A stretch of 64,000 bases of DNA, taken from positions 63,577 through 127,576 of the forward strand of contig JBBILD010000009.1 in the NCBI GenBank assembly GCA_037445065.1, given 5' to 3'. The notes below the pieces were generated by a model. That model made no database searches. It had not been told where the DNA came from and saw only the letters and a list, made by a program, of their open reading frames with translations. This stretch comes from Myxococcales bacterium. GTDB taxonomy: Bacteria; Desulfobacterota; Binatia; HRBIN30. A program made the position numbers and the translations under genes. This document shows positions 10,741 through 19,699 of this stretch, in pieces (position 1 is the first letter of the stretch; every line of letters starts with the position of its first letter).

Positions 10741-12384
10741 TCATCGGTTTTCCGCTGGAATCAGCCGCTGCCTCTTTGCGCGGCCGCGGTTCCACCGGCG
10801 GTAAGTGGGCTTGAGCAGGCGGTAGAGGTGGCGGAACTCGGCATAGCAACGGTCGTACTCGACGCGGCGCTTGTCGTCCGGCACGAAGGTTCGGTCAACG
10901 CGCACGGCTCGCTCGAGGTCCTCGAGGGAAGCACGCCCGAGCGCGAAAAACGCAGCCAAGGCCGCACCCACGGCGTTCGCAGCCCGCGGCGAAGCCACCC
11001 GCTCGATGGGCACGCCCAGCACGTCTGCGAACATTTGGCACCACAGGTCCGACATCGCCCCGCCGCCAATGAAGCGCAGCTTCGGGAATGGCTGCCCGAC
11101 GAACTTCTCCACGTGTTCGCGCAGCCAGCGCAAGTTGAAAGCGACCCCCTCGAACACGGCGCGCACCAAGTGGGCGCGGGTGGTGCGATGCGTGAAGTTG
11201 GCCAAGGTGGCGCGGGTGAACGGGTCGTCGGCGGGAACCAAAATGCCATTCACCCAAGGAGTGAACAGCACGCCTTCGCTACCCGCCGCGACACTGGCGG
11301 CTAGTTCGTTGAGGTAGCCGTATACGTCGTTCGGAAACGCGACCGCTGGGTCGCCGGCAGGAAGCAATACGTTGTCCTTGATCACTTCGAGAAAGCGCCC
11401 GGCCATGCCCTGTTCCGCCATCACCACGTAACGGCCGGGGAGCGCCGCCGGCATGGTGGTGAGCATGTGGCGCAAATCGGTCTTTTTGCGCGGCACGTGA
11501 CAGCTCATCCACGCGGTGCTGCCAACGTAAAAGTAGCCGGCAAAGTCTTGCACCGATCCAGCTCCCAGCGCCGCAGCTTGGCCATCACAGGAGCCCGCCA
11601 CCACTGGGATGCGCGGGGAGAGTCCGAGTTGCTCGGCCACCTCAGGGAGAAGTTCGCCGACCACCGAGCCCACCGGATAGAGGGGTGGAAGCTTTTCCGG
11701 GTCGATCCCAGACCAGGCCAGCAATTGCGGGTGGTATGCAATGCGATGCGGGTCGCGATTGTCCGTAAGCCAGTACGGGAACATGGTGCCAAAGGAGGCA
11801 GCCACTTTTCCGGTAAGCCGCGCGTTCAAGTAGTCCATGGGCTCCACGAACTTGTGCGCAGCCCGGTAGATCTCCGGTCGTTCGTGTTGGAGGAACAAAA
11901 TGTGGGCGAAGCCATCCACTCCGGCGCGACTCGGGCAGCCGCCGGTCAGGCGGACCCACTGCCAAAGCTTGTAGACCTGATACCCCATGATTTGCGGGAA
12001 GCCGCTCACCGCGCGCCGAACATATGGGGCACCGCGCGAATCCATCCAAGAAATGGCGGGCCCGAGGTGGTGGCCGGAGCGATCCACTGGCACCGTAACC
12101 GCCCACTGTGTGGTGCATGCCACGGCAATGGTACGCTCTGCGCTTTGCGGAACGGCAGCTACGGTGGCACGGGCGGCGTCACAGGTGGCCTCCCACCACT
12201 GCTCTGGGTCCTGCTCGGCACCGCCTCCAGGTAGCAAGCGGGTACGGATGGGGCGAGTCTCCACCGCCAGCGCTTCCCCGGCCAAGGAAACGAGCGCGGT
12301 TTTCACCGCACTCGTGCCGAGATCAATGGCTAGCACCAGGCTCGCTTCCCGCACCGCCGTCCTCTCCTCGGCACGTCCCGCCAA
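10741..12384 (-). CDS. FGGY-family carbohydrate kinase (xylulokinase-like)
   Basis: N-terminal LAIDLGTSAVKTALV, and the C-terminal FGGY motif RFIGGGAMSDLWCQMFADVLGVPI. Start is TTG 12384 or, more likely, GTG 12354, which has GAGGAG 9 nt upstream. Confidence 0.85.
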   Translation of the reverse strand: MAGRAEERTAVREASLVLAIDLGTSAVKTALVSLAGEALAVETRPIRTRLLPGGGAEQDPEQWWEATCDAARATVAAVPQSAERTIAVACTTQWAVTVPVDRSGHHLGPAISWMDSRGAPYVRRAVSGFPQIMGYQVYKLWQWVRLTGGCPSRAGVDGFAHILFLQHERPEIYRAAHKFVEPMDYLNARLTGKVAASFGTMFPYWLTDNRDPHRIAYHPQLLAWSGIDPEKLPPLYPVGSVVGELLPEVAEQLGLSPRIPVVAGSCDGQAAALGAGSVQDFAGYFYVGSTAWMSCHVPRKKTDLRHMLTTMPAALPGRYVVMAEQGMAGRFLEVIKDNVLLPAGDPAVAFPNDVYGYLNELAASVAAGSEGVLFTPWVNGILVPADDPFTRATLANFTHRTTRAHLVRAVFEGVAFNLRWLREHVEKFVGQPFPKLRFIGGGAMSDLWCQMFADVLGVPIERVASPRAANAVGAALAAFFALGRASLEDLERAVRVDRTFVPDDKRRVEYDRCYAEFRHLYRLLKPTYRRWNRGRAKRQRLIPAENR

Positions 12385-13584
12385 CTAGCTATCTTGGCTG
12401 TTGGCGTCGGGCCATTGCTGGCGAATCGCCTCCAGCGCTGCGGCGTACACAACTGCAAGCGGCACCGCGGCTCGAGTTGCAGCCTGGCGGCAGTCCTCGT
12501 ACTCGGGGACTGCGCGGGTACGGCCGCGCGGTGTGTGCGCCACCTTGATGCGAATCTCACCGAAGCGCGTGCTTACCAACCGCTGCTCGCGCGGCAACAC
12601 GTGGCGCTGCACCGCATAGGTGCGCACACCGAGGGTCGGCGTTTCCTCCAGCATCGCCTCCACCACTTGCGCGTGGGCACTGGCGTCGGCGAGTGCGGAA
12701 AGGACAAAGCCGGGGCGGCTTTTTTTCATTTGCACCGGGGTCAGCCATACATCGCGTGCTCCGGCCGCGAAGAGCCGCTCCACGATCCATTCGAACCACT
12801 GTGGGGAGAGATCGTCGAGGTTGGTTTCGACCACCAGCGTTTCTTCGTGGCGGCCGAGACTCGCTTCCTCGGCCAAGACCAAGCGCAACACGTTCGGGCG
12901 ATCCGGCAGCTCGCGTTTGCCTGCACCGTAGCCTGTGGCCAAGGGACGCAAGGCGGGCGGCGGCTGGGGACGCGCAAAGGCGGCAACCAAGGCGGCACCC
13001 GTGGGCGTCACCAATTCTCCACTGCCTTCCTCGAAGCGCACCCGGTAACCGCGCAACAGCTCGAGGGCGGCGGGGCCCGGCACCGGCAACGGGCCGTGCT
13101 GGCTTTGCACCAGACCGCGCCCGAGTGGCAGTTCCGATACGTAACAGCGCTGCACGCCGAGATACTCGAAGCCAAAGCTGGCTGCCACGATATCCACAAT
13201 CGAGTCTACCGCACCGACCTCGTGGAACGTCACGTCTTCAGGCGGCACGCCGTGCGCTTTGCTTTCGGCTTCGGCGAGCTTTTGGAAGACGTGTACAGCG
13301 CGACTGCGTACGCCAGCCGGCAGCCCGGCGCCTTCGAGGAGGGCACGGATGTCGCGCCAGCGCCGGTGCAGGTGATGCGGGTGGCCGTGTGCGGGCAGCA
13401 CTTCGAAACAGCGTGCCTCCAGCCCGTGCAGCTTGCGCGTGTAGGTATGCAGCTCGTAGCTGCCGAGCGGCAGGTGTGCGAGCAAGGCCTTGAGCTCTTC
13501 CCACGGCACGCCCAGGGCGAGCAGCGCCGCCACGGTCATGTCACCGCTCACCCCCGCAATGGCGTCGAAATACACCACCCGCAT
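12385..13584 (-). CDS. larC: Nickel-pincer cofactor biosynthesis protein LarC (DUF111 family)
   Basis: MRVVYFDAIAGVSGDMTVAALLALGVP..., HFHEVGAVDSIVDIVAASF. ATG 13584 is preceded by GAGGTGGA; the tracked 13863 start adds a non-protein-like leader. Confidence 0.85.
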   Translation of the reverse strand: MRVVYFDAIAGVSGDMTVAALLALGVPWEELKALLAHLPLGSYELHTYTRKLHGLEARCFEVLPAHGHPHHLHRRWRDIRALLEGAGLPAGVRSRAVHVFQKLAEAESKAHGVPPEDVTFHEVGAVDSIVDIVAASFGFEYLGVQRCYVSELPLGRGLVQSQHGPLPVPGPAALELLRGYRVRFEEGSGELVTPTGAALVAAFARPQPPPALRPLATGYGAGKRELPDRPNVLRLVLAEEASLGRHEETLVVETNLDDLSPQWFEWIVERLFAAGARDVWLTPVQMKKSRPGFVLSALADASAHAQVVEAMLEETPTLGVRTYAVQRHVLPREQRLVSTRFGEIRIKVAHTPRGRTRAVPEYEDCRQAATRAAVPLAVVYAAALEAIRQQWPDANSQDS

Positions 13585-13913
13585 GGATTCCACCTCGCTC
13601 CCCCTGCTTGGCATGGCGAGGAGGTTCGAACAAGGCAGAGCACCGCCGCTCGGGCAGGTCGCATCGGGCAGGTCGAGCGCGGCGAACGTGCCCCGCGGGG
13701 CACCCCCCTGGCCGGGCACGACGCAGCTCGCGCGGTCGGTGCGACCCTTGTGGCCGTCCGTGGTGCGGCGTGGTGACCACCAAGCGCAAACCAGCGCCTT
13801 GCGAACGGCCTCGGCAGACGCGGAACGTACCCACCTTGGGGAAGGCTGAACGAAGAGCCGCAACGTCTACGGTCAGAACGGCCCCGGTTTGCACGCCGGG
13901 CGCAGAGGGGGCT

Positions 13914-14732
13914 TCAAAACGTGGGCAGCCCCACCGAACGGCGCAGTGCCGCAACTTCCTGCGGACTCAGCAAGCGGCTGCCTCCGGGAGGCAGGGAGCC
14001 CAGCGCCAACGGACCAATGGCGACGCGTTTGAGCTTTTCCACATCGTGACCCACAGCTTCGCACAAGCGGCGAATCTCGCGCTTTCTCCCCTCGCTCAAG
14101 CGCACCTCGAGCCACGACTTGGCGCCGCTCGTGCGCAAGATGCGCACCGCGTTGACCTTGGCGATCCCGTCTGGCAAGCGCACGCCGTGTTGCAGGCGCT
14201 CGAGCGTTTCGCGGCTCGGCGTGCCCTTGACCTTCACTTGGTACACCTTTTCGACACCGTAGCGCGGGTGCGAGAGGCGCAAGGCCAGTTCGCCATCGTT
14301 GGTGAACAGGAGCAAACCGGAAGAATGGTAATCGAGTCGCCCCACAGGATAGACCCGTGCCCGCAGCTTGGGGAGGAGCTGGCGCACCGTAGGACGCCCC
14401 TGCGGGTCGGACATGGTGGTCACGGTTCCTACCGGCTTGTGCAGCATGACGTAAACGAGTTCACCCAGAGGGCGGACCGGTTTGCCGTCCACGGTGATTC
14501 GGTCGTGCCAGGGATCGGCTTTGAAGCCGAGTTCGGTGACGACGCGGCCGTTCACGCGCACGCGGCCGTCAAGAATCCACCGTTCCGCTTCGCGGCGCGA
14601 AGCCAGGCCCGCCTGGCTCAGAATCTTCTGTAGCCTCTGCTCCTGCGCCGCTTGCCGCGGCCGCGGTGCTCGGCTGGCTCGCTCCTGTGGGGGGCTCGGC
14701 GGACGTGGCTTGGCTGCCTTCGTGTTTTTCAT
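13914..14732 (-). CDS. rluB: 23S rRNA pseudouridine synthase, RluB/RsuA family
   Basis: S4 domain RLQKILSQAGLASRREAERWILDGRVRVNG, then HKPVGTVTTMSDPQGRPTV and catalytic YPVGRLDYHSSGLLLFTNDGEL. ATG 14732 is the first in-frame ATG upstream of the S4 domain. Confidence 0.85.
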   Translation of the reverse strand: MKNTKAAKPRPPSPPQERASRAPRPRQAAQEQRLQKILSQAGLASRREAERWILDGRVRVNGRVVTELGFKADPWHDRITVDGKPVRPLGELVYVMLHKPVGTVTTMSDPQGRPTVRQLLPKLRARVYPVGRLDYHSSGLLLFTNDGELALRLSHPRYGVEKVYQVKVKGTPSRETLERLQHGVRLPDGIAKVNAVRILRTSGAKSWLEVRLSEGRKREIRRLCEAVGHDVEKLKRVAIGPLALGSLPPGGSRLLSPQEVAALRRSVGLPTF

Positions 14733-15387
14733 GCGGATCTCTCTCGGGTGGGTTGTCCATGAACGGTAGCTCCGGAACCTGGGGCAGTTCACTGCCCTCG
14801 GGAAGGGGCGGCAGGTCATCCAGACTCTTGAGCCCAAACGTCTCGAGGAATTCGGGCGTGGTCGCGTAGAGCAGCGGACGGCCCACAGTGTCTCTACGAC
14901 CGGCCACGCGGATCAAGCCGCGTTGCAAGAGGTTTTGTAGGGGGCCGTCGGTGTCCACCCCGCGGATGGCTTCGATTTCCGCCTTGGTGATCGGTTGCCG
15001 ATAGGCGACGATGGCCAGAGTTTCGAGCGCGGCGCGACTGAGGCGCGGCGGCTTTTCTGCAAACAAGGCCCGTACCCACGGGGCGTTCTCGCGCGCCGTA
15101 CGAAACTGAAACCCTCCCGCAACCTCGACTAAATGGATGCCGCGTGCGCCCGGTCGGTAATCCTGGCGCAAGAGGTCCAAGGCCTCCTGAACGGCACGCT
15201 CGCTGACCCCGTCGAGGATCTCCGCGAGCTGGCGCAAGCTAAGTGGCTCGCCGGCCGCAAACAGCACACTCTCCAAAATATACGCGAGTGTCCGCGCATC
15301 CCGCTCCTGCCCCGCTGCGGGAGAAGAGGAAGGTGCCGCGGGCTCGCTGGCAGGCGTGTGTGTGTTGCCTTGCTGAGTGTCGGTCAT
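14569..15387 (-). CDS. scpB: Segregation and condensation protein B (SMC-ScpAB complex)
   Basis: ILESVLFAAGEPLSLRQLAEIL, GGFQFRT, LSRAALETLAIVAYRQPITKAEIEAIRGV, GRPLLYATTPEFLETFGL, then a 75-aa acidic/Pro-rich tail. ATG 15387 overlaps the scpA stop (ATGA). Confidence 0.85.
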   Translation of the reverse strand: MTDTQQGNTHTPASEPAAPSSSPAAGQERDARTLAYILESVLFAAGEPLSLRQLAEILDGVSERAVQEALDLLRQDYRPGARGIHLVEVAGGFQFRTARENAPWVRALFAEKPPRLSRAALETLAIVAYRQPITKAEIEAIRGVDTDGPLQNLLQRGLIRVAGRRDTVGRPLLYATTPEFLETFGLKSLDDLPPLPEGSELPQVPELPFMDNPPERDPHEKHEGSQATSAEPPTGASQPSTAAAASGAGAEATEDSEPGGPGFAPRSGTVDS

Positions 15388-16223
15388 CGGGCGCGATCCT
15401 GCGCAAAGCCAGGGGCGTCGTTGCCGGCCCCCTCCGCGCGAGACTCCCATTCCTCCAGACGCAACCACTCCACCTCATCGTGGCGGTATTCGAGTTCGAT
15501 CGGGCCGCTATGGGCCTCCTGAAATGCCACCACGGCGCCGAGACGGATCAGCTCGAGCAGGGCGAGAAACGTGCCGATGATCACGGCACGCGAGGCCTCG
15601 GCTTCGAACAAATCGTCGAAGTGGAGCTTTGCGGCTGCGCGCAAACGAGCGAGCAACTGCTCCGCGCAAGCGCGCACCGACACGGGCTCGGCTTCGATTT
15701 GTGGCGGCGGCGGCACGCGGCGCCGCTCCAGCACCGCCTGCAGTGCCGCTACCAAATCCCACAGACTCACGGCAAGCCGCGCCCTCACTGGCTCCAACCC
15801 GTCCGGGCGGGTAGGGGGCCGCGCAAACACATCGCGCTGCAACAAGGGCCGCTCCGCTAGTGCCAGGGCCGCGTCGCGGTAGCGCTGGTATTCGAGCAGT
15901 TGTTGCACGAGTTCCCGGCGAGGGTCCGGCTCCTCGGCCTCTTCTTCATCGCTGCTCGGCAGGAGCATGCGCGATTTCAGGAGCAGCAAGGTGGCGGCCA
16001 TCACCAGAAACTCGCCAGCGACATCCAAGCGCAACTCGCGGAGCAGGTCCAAGTACTGCAGGTACTGCTCGGTAATGACCGAAACCGGGATGTCCGTGAC
16101 CTCCACTTCGTTCTTTTTGATTAGATGCAGCAAGAGATCCAGCGGGCCCTCGAAGACTTCGAGCTTGACCCGATAGAGCGGCAGCGGCAGTTGCTCGCCA
16201 ATCAAAACACTGCCCTCGCTCAT
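15384..16223 (-). CDS. scpA: Segregation and condensation protein A
   Basis: YRVKLEVFEGPLDLLLHLIKKNEVEVTDIPVSVITEQYLQYL. The ATG overlaps the trpS stop (ATGA at 16220-16223). Confidence 0.9.
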   Translation of the reverse strand: MSEGSVLIGEQLPLPLYRVKLEVFEGPLDLLLHLIKKNEVEVTDIPVSVITEQYLQYLDLLRELRLDVAGEFLVMAATLLLLKSRMLLPSSDEEEAEEPDPRRELVQQLLEYQRYRDAALALAERPLLQRDVFARPPTRPDGLEPVRARLAVSLWDLVAALQAVLERRRVPPPPQIEAEPVSVRACAEQLLARLRAAAKLHFDDLFEAEASRAVIIGTFLALLELIRLGAVVAFQEAHSGPIELEYRHDEVEWLRLEEWESRAEGAGNDAPGFAQDRAR

Positions 16224-17230
16224 TCGCCCAACCCAACCGCCTCGCGCACCTCTTGCATGGTCGTTTCGGCTACCGCGCCCGCTTGTGCCTGTCCGCGCTC
16301 CAAAATTTCCTCTACCCAGCCCGCTTTAGCCTCGAGCGCCTCCCGCCGTTCCGCCATGGGCGCCAAGTCCTCGATCACGTGGCGAATCATGATTTTCTTG
16401 CATTCGAGGCAGCCGATGCTGGCGGTCCGGCAACCGCGCGTGCAGTAGTCAATCTCCTCAGGCGTGCAGTAGATCTTGTGAAGCTGGAACGCGGGGCAGT
16501 CCTCAGGTTCCCCGGGATCGGTACGGCGCACGCGGCGCGGATCGGTCATCATGCGGGAGAGCTTCCGGTCCACCTCTTGCGGGCTATCGCGCAGCCACAC
16601 CGCGTTGTTGTAACTCTTGCTCATCTTGCGACCGTCCAACCCGGGCACACGCGGAGCTTCGGTGACCAGCGCTTGGGGCTCCGGGAAGACGGGGCGGTAC
16701 AGGTGGTTGAAGCGGCGGGCAATCTCGCGCGTGAGCTCGATGTGCGGTACCTGGTCGGCGCCGACCGGCACCTTGCTGGCCTTGTAGATCAAGATGTCCG
16801 CGCTTTGCAGAACTGGGTAACCCAAGAGGCCGTAGCTCAGGGTCAGCAATTCGCTTTCTTCCTCCGAGCTGACCAAGCCCAAGTCGCGCGCTTGCTCCTT
16901 CACCGTAGGGTTGCGGATCAGCCACGGGGTGGGAGTGATCATAGAGAGCAGTAAATGCAGCTCCGCGTGCTGTTTGATTGCCGACTGGCGAAACAGCACG
17001 ACCCGCTCCGGGTCGAGCCCGGCAGCGATCCAGTCGGTGACCATCTCCAAGCTGTGCTGGCGAACCTCGTGCGCATCTTCGGGGCGGGTGGTGAGCACGT
17101 GCCAGTCAGCCACAAAGTAAAAGCACCGGGCGCCGCTCTCCTGCAGCCGGATCCAATTGCGCAACGCGCCATGCCAGTGGCCCAGATGCAAGCGGCCCGT
17201 GGGTCGCATTCCACTTACGATGGTCTCCAT
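16220..17230 (-). CDS. trpS: Tryptophan--tRNA ligase
   Basis: Class I signatures GMRPTGRLHLGHWHG (HIGH-like) and KMSKS. ATG 17230 lies 8 nt after the upstream gene's stop and is preceded by GAGGAGGAG. Confidence 0.92.
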   Translation of the reverse strand: METIVSGMRPTGRLHLGHWHGALRNWIRLQESGARCFYFVADWHVLTTRPEDAHEVRQHSLEMVTDWIAAGLDPERVVLFRQSAIKQHAELHLLLSMITPTPWLIRNPTVKEQARDLGLVSSEEESELLTLSYGLLGYPVLQSADILIYKASKVPVGADQVPHIELTREIARRFNHLYRPVFPEPQALVTEAPRVPGLDGRKMSKSYNNAVWLRDSPQEVDRKLSRMMTDPRRVRRTDPGEPEDCPAFQLHKIYCTPEEIDYCTRGCRTASIGCLECKKIMIRHVIEDLAPMAERREALEAKAGWVEEILERGQAQAGAVAETTMQEVREAVGLGE

Positions 17231-17237
17231 CTCCTCC

Positions 17238-17933
17238 TCACCCCAACAACCAGCCAAGAATCGCCCGCACCACCGGATTCATTACCGCACTCGCCACGTT
17301 GCTGACCAGTAACACAACCACCACCAGCAGCCCGAAGCGTTCGAGCTGCGCGTAACCCGTGGCCAGGCTGGGAGGCAACAGGCCGGCCACCACCCGGCCA
17401 CCATCGAGCGGCGGGACTGGAAGCATGTTGAACACCGCCAGCACCACGTTCATCAGTACCCCGCGCAAAGCGATTTGTGCTACCAGCCCTTGCTCGCGCA
17501 TCGGAACTCCCGGCTCGGCTGCTGCTTCCAAAAGCGCCGCAAAAGCCGTTGCCAAGAGCAGGTTCGTTGCCGGGCCAGCAGCCGCCACCAACACCATGTC
17601 CCGCCGCGGCGAACGCAAGCGCGCGAAGTTCACGGGGACCGGGCGTGCGTACCCAAACAGGAACGGCGAGTTAACGGCGAGTAGAAACAAGGGCAGCGCC
17701 ACGGTGCCCATGGGGTCCACGTGCGGCAGCGGATTGAGCGTGAGGCGGCCGGCTTGCTTGGCAGTGGGGTCGCCGAGCCGGTAGGCGACCCAGCCGTGCG
17801 CCACTTCGTGCAAAATCACCCCCACCAAGACCGGCACGGCCCAGACCAGGACATTCTCCAGCAATGCGGCGCTCACTGGCGCTCGGCTAGCAGAAGCGGC
17901 GCAGGCAAGCCACAGAAACGGACCGAGCCGCAC
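17238..17933 (-). CDS. Site-2 protease family (peptidase M50) membrane metalloprotease
   Basis: HEVAHGWVAYRLGDPTAKQAGRLTLNPLPHVDPMG (HExxH) plus several TM helices and NMLPVPPLDGG. GTG start at 17933; the exact start is uncertain. Confidence 0.8.
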   Translation of the reverse strand: MRLGPFLWLACAASASRAPVSAALLENVLVWAVPVLVGVILHEVAHGWVAYRLGDPTAKQAGRLTLNPLPHVDPMGTVALPLFLLAVNSPFLFGYARPVPVNFARLRSPRRDMVLVAAAGPATNLLLATAFAALLEAAAEPGVPMREQGLVAQIALRGVLMNVVLAVFNMLPVPPLDGGRVVAGLLPPSLATGYAQLERFGLLVVVVLLVSNVASAVMNPVVRAILGWLLG

Positions 17934-18054
17934 CTTGCACCCGCCGCCGATCCTGATCCGCTGGCCGCGCCAGCGCGGGGCGCCATCGGCGAGCGAGCAT
18001 GCCTGAGGGAACGCGACGCCGTACCTTGCTCAGCCCTACTGGCGCGGGCATAAG

Positions 18055-19632
18055 ATGCCGGCGATGCGAGCACGGATCGTTCTCGCCCTACCAGCTCTTA
18101 CTCTGTACGGCCTCTTTCTTGCGCGCTTCGACCCGTCCAGGTTCGACCTTCCCACCGAGGCAAGCTGGCTGGGAGCTTGGGTCTTGTTCGTACTCGCCTT
18201 TTGGCAGGCCCCGCTCCAGGAACATTCTCGGCTCCCACAGCCATACGGGATCTACGCGGCTTACGTCCTTGCGCTTTTGCCGTGGGTGACCGACTGGCGC
18301 TGGGTGGCGGCGGGGGATTCTCTTTCGTGGTTCGATCAAGGAGTCGTGCTCGCCGAGTACGGGCCGCAACGGAGCTTGCTTTCGGCGCTCGGCGTGGCGC
18401 AGTTTTCCTACGGGCAAGCAAGCCTTCACAACTTCTTCATGTGGCTAGTGGAGCCTACCGTGAGCTGGCACCGGCTCGGCCAGGTCCTTACTGGGCTTGC
18501 CTGCCTGGCCGCGATTTACACGGTGTTTGCCCGCTTGTTCTCGCCGGACTTCGGGCTCGCGGTTGCGCTGGGCAGCATGACCACCTCGGTCATGCTCGTC
18601 CACACCTACATCAGCTACCCGCTGCTCGACGGGATCGCGATTGCCTTTGCCGCCTGGGCCGCGGCGCTGTGGATCGAACGCGCACCGAATGACCGCCGGG
18701 CGTGGCTCTGCTTCGGGGTTGCCACGGGCCTCATGTGGTACCTGACGCAAAGCTCGTGGCCGACCGGAATTCTCCTGTGGGCCTACTTGAGCGCCAGCGT
18801 GTTGGGGCGCTGGCGCCGATGGTCCGAGTGGGCCTTGGCCGCCCTCACCCAGGCTTTGATTGCCCTGCCGCTCTGGCTGCAGATCTGGCACGGGGAAGCG
18901 GCAAACATGTTCAGTCTGGTTCTTGCCGAACCAGAAGGGAAACCGAATCATGCCCTTCTCTTGTTCGAGGCTCTCACTTTCCCGTTTGCCTCCCAGTACC
19001 AAAGTGCTGGCGCTTTCGGCCCGCAGCTACCCACCGGCTTCCGCTGGCTGTTCGTGATCGGGGTCGTGGTCGCCCTTTGGCAGGCACGCCGATCAGGCCC
19101 GGTGCGGGCGGTGGTGGCGCTTTGGTTCGCAAACGTGTTGTTCCTTGCTTTTGCGCAAGGCCCGTATCTGAGCGTGTCGGTCAAGCGCGCGCTCTTTCTG
19201 ATCCCCTTCGCTACCGCCTTTGCGCTTTTGCCCATTGCCCGCTCCTTGCGCTCGGCCGCCGTTGCGGTGCCCTTGCTGGGGCTGTGGGCTAGCCTCGGCG
19301 TGTACGACCTTGCGTATCGGATGCAGCCCGGGCGGATCGGGTACACGTTGCTCGACGGCGTCGTAGAAGCGTCGCAGCGCTTCCGCGGGCGGCCGGTGTG
19401 CATTTTTACCAGCAACGACCCGTGGGCGGAGGTGTACGGACCGGGTGGTCTAGTGGACCGGGCCTACCACCTCTACCCGCGGGTGCGGCGCGTGACCGAC
19501 CTGCAAGATCCCCACTGCGACCAAGTCCTCTGTTACTCTCCGGACATTGACCCGCAGGTCTCACTCCTCTCCCTCGGATACCGCGAAGTGGCCATGGAGA
19601 ACACCGTGGAGCTTCGCTGCGGCGAGCGCTGA
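18055..19632 (+). CDS. Polytopic membrane protein, possibly a GT-C-fold (ArnT/PMT-like) glycosyltransferase
   Basis: 525 aa with about 10 or more hydrophobic helices followed by a soluble C-terminal domain. No diagnostic motif was recognised, so the family call rests on architecture alone. Confidence 0.5.
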   Translation: MPAMRARIVLALPALTLYGLFLARFDPSRFDLPTEASWLGAWVLFVLAFWQAPLQEHSRLPQPYGIYAAYVLALLPWVTDWRWVAAGDSLSWFDQGVVLAEYGPQRSLLSALGVAQFSYGQASLHNFFMWLVEPTVSWHRLGQVLTGLACLAAIYTVFARLFSPDFGLAVALGSMTTSVMLVHTYISYPLLDGIAIAFAAWAAALWIERAPNDRRAWLCFGVATGLMWYLTQSSWPTGILLWAYLSASVLGRWRRWSEWALAALTQALIALPLWLQIWHGEAANMFSLVLAEPEGKPNHALLLFEALTFPFASQYQSAGAFGPQLPTGFRWLFVIGVVVALWQARRSGPVRAVVALWFANVLFLAFAQGPYLSVSVKRALFLIPFATAFALLPIARSLRSAAVAVPLLGLWASLGVYDLAYRMQPGRIGYTLLDGVVEASQRFRGRPVCIFTSNDPWAEVYGPGGLVDRAYHLYPRVRRVTDLQDPHCDQVLCYSPDIDPQVSLLSLGYREVAMENTVELRCGER

Positions 19633-19699
19633 AGGAGAAAAGCGGGAGCGCTTCGGTGGGTGGGGGAGTCGGCAGCGTTTGCGGGCGTTACCGCTCGGC

